64,000 nucleotides of DNA from an uncultured Chloroflexia bacterium (GTDB lineage Bacteria > Chloroflexota > UBA6077 > JACCZL01). The position numbers and the translations under genes were made by a program. The stretch lies in contig CAVXYC010000019.1 in assembly GCA_963765765.1 (NCBI GenBank), positions 346,055 to 410,054 on the forward strand, written 5' to 3'. Positions 55,650-64,000 of the stretch are shown here, piece after piece (position 1 is the stretch's first letter; each line of letters starts with the position of its first letter). The notes beneath the pieces are model-generated. The model worked only from the letters and a program-made list of their open reading frames with translations, had not been told where the DNA came from and searched no databases.

Positions 55650-56809
55650 ACGTCCACGACGCCAGTATGGAGACAGGCATCACGCTACGTCTCGCCGCGG
55701 GAATTCGCGGACCGGTCACCGTCGGGCCGGCCGCGAGGGCCAGGATGGCGTCAACCCCAATGGCGACGTCCGCCTCGATCACGCCCTCGCGTCGATCATG
55801 AAGGCGATCGGCGTAGCGAACATGCCGTACTCGCGCGAGATCTCCCAGCGACGCTGGAGCACGACCGGGAACGTCAGCCCATGCTCGGCGACCTTCGTCC
55901 CGATTCGCCTCCGGGTCGCCACGGCTCACCATCAGGACCTGGAAGTCCGTGGCGCGGCGATGGACCTGCCTCGAGCCTCGGGCGCAAGCACGTCGCACGG
56001 CCCGCAGGCCGGATCGGAGAACACCAGCAGCACCCGGCGTCCGCGGAACTCGTCGAGCGCCAATTCTCCGCCGTCGACCCGCGGCAGGCGAAATGTCGGC
56101 GCCACCGTTCCGGCTTCCAGACCGTTGCGCAGGATCTGGCTGGAAGCCAGCGAACCAAATCGCCCGCGCGAAAATCCCGTCCGCGGAGCTGCGCCGCCAT
56201 CACGTCCCGCCCATTGCCGGCCGTGCGTTCGCCAAATGCAGCACGTCCTGGCGCCCCGACCGCGAGCGGGCTTGCTGTCTGCCCCTGCTCGTCGATGAGG
56301 TAGCCCATCGGCGTACCCTCCACCCGGTACATCTGTGCGACCTCGCCGCCCTCTTGCAGCAGGACCGGCACTCGGACGCCGTGACTGCTCCATGAGTCGC
56401 TCGGTTTTCATCGGCGGCACCGGTCGAGACGATCAGGGGAACGGGCGGCCGTCGTCCGGCCGCGGATCGAGCCGGGCCAGGTCAGGCAGCATCTGGCGAC
56501 AGAAGCTGCAGCCCGGGTCGAAGAAGATCAACAGCACGCGCTGACCCCGCCACTGCGAGAGGGTCACCGTGTCGCCGGATCAGGGTCGGCAGGGCGAAAT
56601 CGTGAGCGACGGAGCCAACGGGCAGCCCGCTGGGTAGCTCGTCATCATCCACCGGTCTCCCGGTCAGCTCGGCGAGCTGTCGCCTCCAGTGCCTCGATGC
56701 GCAAGAGCAGCCGACCGTTCTGGATCAGGAGCTGGTACCCGAACCAGCCTCCGAGCCCCACGACGCCCAGCGACGACGCGGCACGAAGCGCGCTGATGAT
56801 CTTCGACAC
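55650..56809 (-). CDS. Membrane-anchored tandem thioredoxin-like (TlpA/MauD-like) protein, frameshifted, end approximate
   Basis: TM + QLLIQNGRLL; GLPVGS.A.DF.LP...FFDPGCSFC...GTP; GLEAGT.APTF.LP...FSDPACGPC...ATP. Confidence 0.8.
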
Positions 56810-57019
56810 GATGAACCATCCCGGTGCGGGTGGCGCATGCCGCGCAGCGGACGCCCACGTGTGACGTCCGCGGCGCGGACAGCCGCGAATCCAGCGCTAG
56901 TATACGGGGCGCCGACGGTCCCAGCCACGCGATGCTCGGGCGGCGGGAGTAACGGACCAGTGCGTGCTCGCGAGCTGTCTGGAGCGCTACCATCGCATCC
57001 AGCGATCGATAGGCGGGCG

Positions 57020-60000
57020 CCGATGCCAGGGGGCGCTCTACGTCCATGCAACGGCACATCGACTGTGCCTGAGGGCGACCCATCGCCGATTCAGCTACCG
57101 CTCCGAGCGAGCGCGGCAGAGCCGAGCCAGCAGCACGAACGCTCACCTCGCGCACAATCGCGCGTCCTGGCAGCATCCAGAGCTGATCGGCGCGGCGGAC
57201 ATCGCAGACTGCCGGCAAGCGCTCGATGCTGTCGAGGACTTCCCGACCGTGTGCCAGGACGACGGCTCGGCACTGCTCTCCGCCGTCGATCTACTGGCGT
57301 CCCGACCTCGTCGATGACGATGTCGTCGCCGGACCTGGAAGCGCTCCTCAGCCGAGCGTCGCTGTCGAGTACGACGTACGAGCATGCGGCGGAGGTGATG
57401 ACCTATCTCCTCGCTACTCCCGCCCGCGACCGGGCCGTGGCGGCGATGCTGCAGCCTGCTGGCTCGATCCGACCTTGCCGAGTCCGCCTACGATGCGCTG
57501 GTGGATGCCCTCGCGTTCGCCGCGTCGTGGGCCACTCAGCTCACTCGACCTCGAAGCGCTGGTCGGGGTCGTCGAGCATGCGCACCTGGAGCGTCACCGT
57601 ACCGCCTGCTCCGTACGGTCATCGAGCCGGTGATCTTCGCGGACCTGAGCGCTGTATCAGCTCCGCTCCTGGAGCGCGTGCTCCAGACTTCCGCGACCAT
57701 CCTGACTTGAAGTATCTGCTCTACTATCTCTCGGGGCGTCAGACGTCCGCCACTTGCTCGGCAGCGGGCAGCCTCGGCGATACGTGGGCGGTTTCCGCTG
57801 CACGGATCGATCGCCGAGACGCTCGGGAGCGGAGCGTCACCGTCCTGGTCGTCCAGAACATCGCCGACAGGCAGGGCGACGAGATCATCCGCGTGGTGCC
57901 GTTGCTCGAGTCGCTCCTTGACTTCAACCCGCAGCTCGAGGTCGTGCTGATCACGAACCGCGAGTACCTGTACGGGCATTCGCGCCTGACGCTCGTGCCG
58001 ATCGACGACGAGGTCGGCATCGAGGCCGTGCTGCGCGACCGATTCGACGTCGTGATCGACTTCTACGAACCGATGGTCCCGCAGGTGAACCACCGACGAC
58101 CTCGAGCATCAGGTGCAGGCGCACGTTCGTGTCCACCCCCCGTGCCTGCACATCACGAGCTCGAGAAAGGCTGGAACCATTTCGTCTACCAGCGGGTGGA
58201 CGTCGCAGGGGCGCGCCTATGCCGAGGACCTCGGGCTCGACGACAGCGGGTCAACAACGTCTACGAGACCACGTTCCGCCTGATCGCGGAGCTCGGGCTG
58301 CCGCTGCGCCTCGGCGAGGAGCCACCGGATGCGGACTCGGTCATGGCCAGCCTCCCGTTGCCTCGAAGCCGAGGCGGCCTGGTCCGCGTTGCTGGCGCAG
58401 AATGTGCAGGGTCGTCCCGGTTGCGCTGGTCTGTCCGTTCGGGGGTACCGAGCCGCTCAAAGGGTACGTGGAGCGCCAGGCCCATGGCCTGGCGGCCCGG
58501 CTTCGCGAGCTGATCGACGAAGGGTTCTACGTCGTTCTGCTGCCGAACGGGATGCCGTGGGGATCGGCCCGGCACGCGCGCGACGTCGTCGAGCTGTTTG
58601 CCGACCTTCCGAGCAGACGCATCGTCGTCGTGGCGCCGGACCCCGCCGACGGGGTCGGGGAGGTGACCTACCGGCACGCGGGCACGCACACCGTTCCGTA
58701 CGCCAGCTACCAGATGCGCCTCGTCACCTACTTCGTTCGCTTCGCGGACCTGATCGTCACGGTCGAAGGCTGGATGGTCCACGCCGCATCTTGCCTGGGC
58801 AAGCGCTACCGCATCCTGATGCTGCCGTACTCCCACCCGTCCGAGTGGCATCCGTACGGCCGAACGCTCCAGCAAGCTCTCGGTCGATTCCCGCCTCTCC
58901 TCCCGCCGCTGGAGGATGCCGGTCTCCCGCCGCTCCCGGAGCAGCCGCGCAAGTTCGTGCTGATCTCACTTCTCCGGAGGCTCGGCGGGAGCTGGCGATG
59001 CGCAAGCGGTTCCGCTGCTGCGCCTGGCGCTGCAGAGCGAGGATCGGGACGTGCGCCTGGCGGCGGCCTCGGCGCTTGGGCGCTTCTCGCGGACCTGAGA
59101 TCGACACCGCCTTGCGCGACCTGCTTGCCGATCCGGCGTACCGCGTGCGCGCTGCGGCGGCCGGAGCGCTTGCTCGATCGGTGGGCGGAGCCAGCCCCGC
59201 GGCGAGACCAGCCTTCCACGCGAGCAGCTCGAGGCTCATCGGCGGATCGGGGAGGACGCACGGAGTCTGGGCTGGCATCCTGCGCCTCGGCGAGAGCGCC
59301 CGCCCGGCGCTCGAGATCGCGCTGCATGACGACGACCCGGTCATCCGACGCGAAGCGGCGAATCGCAATTCGGGCCCTGGATCATCGTTCCGCCATAACC
59401 TCGTCAGCGGCGGCATCCGCGGAGTCACGGGGTGTTCGCGCGATGCTACGCGCGTGCTCCGTGCTGGAGAAGACGGCTCGCACCGGTGCACACGGCTTCC
59501 TGCGCGGCCTCGGCCGCCGTCCGTCCCGTCCCCGGTCGCCCCCCGAGCCAACAACCAACGGTGCTCATCCTGACTCCAGTCAAGGACGCCGCCGACTGCC
59601 TGGACGACTACTTTCGACTGTCTTCGCCGACTGACGTACCCGCATCACTTGATCTCGCTCGGCTTCCTCGAGAGCGACAGCTCAGACACGACCTTCCGCG
59701 ACCTCCAGCGCCACGCACGCGCGAGCCGCGGAGCGAGTTCCGGCGGGTCGAGGTGTGGAAGAAGGACTTCGGCTACCGCATCCCGCCGGGTGTGCCGCGC
59801 TGGGCGCCCGAGATCCAGGTGGAGCGGCGCAGGGTCTGGCGCAAGAGCCGCAACCACCTGCTCTTCCGGGCGCTCGACGACGAAGCGTGGGTGCTGTGGC
59901 TGGACGTGGACGTCGTCGAGTACCCGCCCGATCTGATCGAGCGGCTGCTGGGCACCGGGAAGGATATCGTCCAGCCCCACTGCGTGCTCGACTACGGCGG

Positions 60001-60359
60001 TCCGACCTTCGATCTGAATGGGTGGCGCGACCACGGGCGGCTGCACCTCGACGACTTGCGCGGCGAAGGCGAGCTGGTCGAGCTCGACGCGGTTGGCGGG
60101 ACGGTGCTGCTGGTGCGGGCGGATGTGCACCGCGAGGGGCTGGTCTATCCTCCGTTCCTGTACGGAGCGGCCAACCCGCGCGTCCGAACGGGCCGCGCGC
60201 AGTATGTTCGAGGGCAGCATTGCGGGCGAGATCGAGACGGAAGGCCTCGGCATCATGGCGCGCGACATGGGCTATCGCTGCTGGGGGATGCCACACTTCG
60301 AGGTCATCCACCGACGGAAAGTGACCGACCAGCGCGAAGGGGCGGCGCGGCTCCCATGA
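57020..60359 (+). CDS. Multidomain glycosyltransferase: GT9-like + HEAT repeats + GT62 (Anp1/Mnn9-like); heavily frameshifted, start uncertain
   Basis: QGDEIIRVVPLL, ADLIVTVEGWMVHAASCLGK; EDRDVRLAAASAL, DPAYRVRAAAA; VLILTPVKD, ISLGFLESDS, SRNHLL, WLDVDV, FDLNGW, LDAVGG, VHREG, IETEG. Confidence 0.7.
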
Positions 60360-61599
60360 ACACGCCACGACCTCGGCTCCTGTATCTCAGCCCCGTCGTT
60401 CCCGCCACTACCGGAAACGGCCTGGCCATGCGGGCCGGCATGGTGCTTCGGCTTCTGGCGAGCCAGTACCGAGTCTCGCTGCTGGTCGTCCGCCTCTACC
60501 CGCCGTTCCAGGGCCCTATTCCCGCGGCCATCGCCGACGTCTGCGACGAAGCCGTCACGATACCGGCCGAACCGTGTGAGCCGACCGGCGGCGTCGTGGC
60601 CTTCACCGCCTGCGGCGCCTGCTCGGCCGCCTCGCGCTGGGCCACGCTCACCGCGCCGACGGCAGGATAGTGGCGGCGGCCCGGGATTTCCGCGGCCGCC
60701 GGTTCGACGTGATCCACGTCTTTCGGCTGGCGATGCTGCCCTACGCTCGGCCGTACCTCGATCGGGCAGCATCGCCAGCCGAGCGGCACCTGGACCTCGA
60801 CGATGTCGAGTCGATCGACCAGACGGCGCGTGGCGGAGCTGTACCGCGCCAACGGCCACGCGACGATAGCTGACTCCGAGGCGGGGGCTGCCCGTCGTGC
60901 CGCAACCATCGAGGACGAGGTGATGCGCGATTTCGATCGAGTGTACGTGTGCTCGGAAGGCGATCGAGCCACACTCGCCCGGCCTGGCGGTGCACGAGTC
61001 TGCGTATTGCCAAACGCACTGCCACTGCCCGCCCCGCTACCACAACCCCGGGAGGGCGAGCCGTTCACGTTCCTGTTCATCGGGACGCTCGGCTACTATC
61101 CGAACGAGGACGCGATTCTGTACTTCTGCACACATGTCCTCCCACTCATTCGGGAGGGTGCCACGCGGAACATTCGCGTGATCATCGCCGGCTCCGGCGA
61201 CGCACCCGCGCTTCGACAGCTCATGGGGTCGCCAGGCGTGCAGCTGATCGGCCCGGTGCCGGACGTGGCAACCGCGTATCGTGAGGCTCGACGCGGTGGT
61301 CGTACCCATCCGAGCCGGCGGTGGAACGCGTATCAAGGTGCTGGAGGCGTTCAGCTATCGACGACCCGTCGTCGCAACGTCGCTTGGTATTGAAGGAATC
61401 GCCGCTGAGCCGGACCGGGCATTTCCTGCGAGGCGACACGCCGACCGAGCTCGCTGAGCAATGCATCCGATTGCTGACCGATCCACGACTCGCCGAACGA
61501 CTCACGAATGCGGCGTATGACCTCTTTTATCGTGACTACACAATGGAGGCCGCGGCACGCAGACTCGCCGCCTGCGACGCTGAGACCGTAGGGCCGTGA
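60356..61599 (+). CDS. Glycosyltransferase family 4, frameshifted
   Basis: GNGLAMR, LDLDDVES, FIGTLGYYPNEDA, GGGTRIKVLEA, GIEG. Confidence 0.85.
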
Positions 61600-61742
61600 A
61601 TGATTCAAGCTCCGAGCCATAGTGCTTGTCGACAGACTTGTGGATCAGTTGGATACAGGATGGAGCGCAACGACACACAGCCGCGTCTCGCGCGAGACTG
61701 CGACCGAAGCGCAGGCAGCCGGGCCGGAGCCCTGGCGCCACG

Positions 61743-62939
61743 ATGAGTGCGAGTCCCGCGTTGTCCGCCCTGCGCGTTCGCGGTCCTTTTCTGGGCTCCA
61801 GCGGCTATGACCATCATGTCCGCGAATTCGTTCGGGAGCTACACCGCCAGGGCGTCGCTATTGAGCTGATTGACTTGCCGGAGTGGGGCCCCAGCCGACT
61901 TCCCGACGAACTCCGGGACCGCTGGTTCGAGTCTCTCAATGAGCCCGTGGCCGCATCAGTGAGTTTGCACTTCTGCATGCCCCACCAGGTAAGGCCGTTC
62001 CCGAACACCGCGACCGTGAACTACACGATGTTCGAAGCGACCCGCATCCCGGTTATCTGGGCGGCATACAGTCGTCAGTGTGATCTGGTTGTCGTACCGA
62101 CCGAGTCCTCCCGCGATGCCTGGCTCGCCGCCGGCGTGCGGTCGGAACGACTGCGCCTCTGCCCGCTGGGCATCGCCCCGGATATGTTCGGCAACGAGGT
62201 GGAACCACTCGCCCTACTTGACGCCGTCGGGGAGCCGCTCAACCGCTATCGGGTGCGCTTCCTCAACGTCTCCGAGCTCGGGCCGCGCAAGAATCTCACG
62301 GGGCTATTGCGGGTCTGGCTGCTAGCCACCACGCGTGCCGACGACGCCGTGCTGATCATCAAACTGAGCCCCTTCTCGGCCGATCGCCTGGCCCTATTCC
62401 AGGCGGAGCTCGACGAGCTTCAACGAAGTCTCGGAAAACGGCTTTCGGAGGCAGCGCCCGTCCATTTTCTCAAGGAACTGTATGCGGATCGGCAGATGCC
62501 CCGCCTCTACGCCGCGGCCACGCACTACATCAGCCTCTCCCACGGGGAAGGCTGGGACCAGGCGATGATGGAGGCAGCAGCCTCCGACCTGCGGCTGATC
62601 GCACCTGCGCATAGCGCCTACCTGACCTATCTCGATGGGACGGTTGCTCGGCTGGTGGCGAGCCAGGAGGTTCCCGCCAGCTTCATCGACGTGGACGGCC
62701 TCGAGACGCTGTTCACGGGCGCCAGTTGGTGGGCGCCAGACGAACTCGAGGCAATTGCCGCCGTGCGCTCCGCCATTAACGGCCGCGACCAGCCGGCGGC
62801 CTCCGCCCGCGATCGGGTACGACGCCAATTCACCTGGGAGCAGGCCACGCGGCGGCTGATCTCCATCCTGGCTGAAGTCAGCACGCCTATGAGGCGGCCA
62901 TGGCTGTGGAAAGGGCTGCCGTGGAACAAGCGCTCGTGA
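61743..62939 (+). CDS. Glycosyltransferase family 4-like
   Basis: SGYDHHVR, YTMFEAT, PRKNL, LSHGEGWDQAMMEA, FTWE. Confidence 0.88.
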   Translation: MSASPALSALRVRGPFLGSSGYDHHVREFVRELHRQGVAIELIDLPEWGPSRLPDELRDRWFESLNEPVAASVSLHFCMPHQVRPFPNTATVNYTMFEATRIPVIWAAYSRQCDLVVVPTESSRDAWLAAGVRSERLRLCPLGIAPDMFGNEVEPLALLDAVGEPLNRYRVRFLNVSELGPRKNLTGLLRVWLLATTRADDAVLIIKLSPFSADRLALFQAELDELQRSLGKRLSEAAPVHFLKELYADRQMPRLYAAATHYISLSHGEGWDQAMMEAAASDLRLIAPAHSAYLTYLDGTVARLVASQEVPASFIDVDGLETLFTGASWWAPDELEAIAAVRSAINGRDQPAASARDRVRRQFTWEQATRRLISILAEVSTPMRRPWLWKGLPWNKRS

Positions 62940-63215
62940 ACATCGTGTAGGTCTGCTCGGCCGGAGGCCTGTCCGAGGTCGGAGGCTGCCAACGGTCCGA
63001 AGCACGCGGCTTTATGCCGAAGGCGGATATTCAACTCGCGGCCGTCCTCGCACATCCATTAAGGTCTTCAACTCGCCTGTGAGCTACGGTCGGCAGTCCT
63101 CCTAACGCCAGGAGGCTAGCGATGGTACTAGCCCGAACGCGCAGCACGGTGGGACGTGCGCTCGGAAGTCGGACCTACGGTGTATTGCGAATGAAAAGGC
63201 TCAGGGGCTCCGAAT

Positions 63216-63965
63216 TTAATTGACGGTCGCGCGTGGCGGCTCTATCATCGCTCGGGTTTGCGCTGGATGAACCGCTGAATCGAGCGCTCGATTGGGGAGC
63301 CTGCTTATGACGCGCATTATTTCCTGGCTAGGAACATCCGCCGCTTTGACGATGATGATTGTACTCACGGCATGCTCGCCAGCGGCGGCGCCGAGCCCCA
63401 CGGCGGCTCCCGCCAAACCCGCTGCCGCCACGTCACCCGTGACCGCCGCATCTCCAGCGTCATCTCCTGGTGCCGCGGCTGCATCTCCCGTGGCTTCGCC
63501 TGCCGCCGCCGCGTCGGCTCCAGCCGCGGCCGCGGCGCCAAAGCCGGTTTCGAAGCTTGCAGATTTCCCGACGAAGCCTATTGAGATAATTTAATTGACG
63601 GTCGCGCGTGGCGGCTCTATCATCGCTCGGGTTTGCGCTGGATGAACCGCTGAATCGAGCGCTCGATTGGGGATCCTGCTTATGACGCGCATTATTTCCT
63701 GGCTAGGAACATCCGCCGCTTTGACGGTGGCGGTTGTACTGACAGCATGCTCCCCAGCGGCAACGCCGAGCCCCACTGCGGCGCCCGCCAAACCCGCCGC
63801 CACCACTTCACCTGTGACCGCCGCATCCCCAGCGTCATCGCCAGGTGCCGCGGTTGCATCACCGGGGCCTTCGCCTGCAGCCGGCGCGTCGGCTCCAGCC
63901 GCGGCCGCGGCGCCAAAGCCAGTTTCGAAGCTCGCAGATTTCCCGACGAAGCCTATTGAGATCAT
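63216..63965 (+). repeat. 375-bp diverged direct tandem duplication (upstream region plus 5' part of tctC)
   Basis: Copies start TTAATTGACGGTCGCGCG at 63216 and 63591. Confidence 0.92.
63307..63594 (+). pseudogene. Truncated tctC-like lipoprotein N-terminus
   Basis: Lipobox LTAC, Ala/Pro linker, DFPTKPIEII then stop at the duplication junction. Confidence 0.7.
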
Positions 63966-64000
63966 CGTTCCGTTTGGTCCCGGCGGCGGATTTGATGCCC
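63682..64000 (+). CDS. tctC: Tripartite tricarboxylate transporter substrate-binding lipoprotein, 3'-partial
   Basis: FPTKPIEIIVPFGPGGGFD Bug/TctC N-terminal motif. Confidence 0.85.
   Translation, partial: MTRIISWLGTSAALTVAVVLTACSPAATPSPTAAPAKPAATTSPVTAASPASSPGAAVASPGPSPAAGASAPAAAAAPKPVSKLADFPTKPIEIIVPFGPGGGFDA

Noticed and set aside
56837-60859. Many long overlapping Arg/Ala/Pro-rich ORFs on both strands
   Set aside because: High-GC shadow frames and pieces of the frameshifted GT genes
62944-63180. GTAGGTC...GACCTAC possible REP pair
   Set aside because: Complementarity is too short to call
63380-63545. Low-complexity GCC/CCG repeats as a possible CRISPR or tandem array
   Set aside because: They encode the Ala/Pro/Ser lipoprotein linker; no constant repeat-spacer structure

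Overview
GC-rich bacterial window. The gene repertoire (orphan Rieske oxygenases, F420-type LLMs, amidohydrolase-2, Ala/Pro-rich lipoprotein solute-binding proteins, 'FDxLAxxLA..SRR' Tat peptide) suggests Chloroflexota; this is inference only. Many genes are split by single-base indels that look like long-read assembly errors, so coordinates of split genes are approximate and their proteins were reconstructed by eye across frames. Layout: (1) 0-3.5 kb, two Rieske oxygenase alpha subunits and a CAP protein. (2) 3.7-30.8 kb, a large surface-glycan locus (asnB, YfhO/ArnT-type GT-C enzymes, two O-antigen-ligase-like proteins, Wzx, GT2/GT4, LPG-synthase-type flippases) interrupted by msrB. (3) 31-42 kb, mixed genes including an ECF sigma/anti-sigma pair divergent from PspC/LiaF-like genes with twin promoters, cobO, SDR, amidohydrolase, SBP, UDP-GlcA decarboxylase and a PIG-L deacetylase. 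(4) 42.7-47.7 kb, tandem LLMs divergent from tandem LigB/LigA-like pairs plus RidA. (5) 49.4-62.9 kb, a distinct island: a Tat-exported 6-Cys peptide, a membrane-anchored tandem thioredoxin, GT2, an FkbM methyltransferase and eukaryote-type glycosyltransferases (GT71/Mnn2-like, GT10, GT62/Anp1-like). The thioredoxin and GT71 share an N-terminal anchor motif. This island is the best candidate for an undescribed system. (6) A 375-bp tandem duplication of a tctC 5' end. No rRNA, tRNA, CRISPR array or transposase was recognised.
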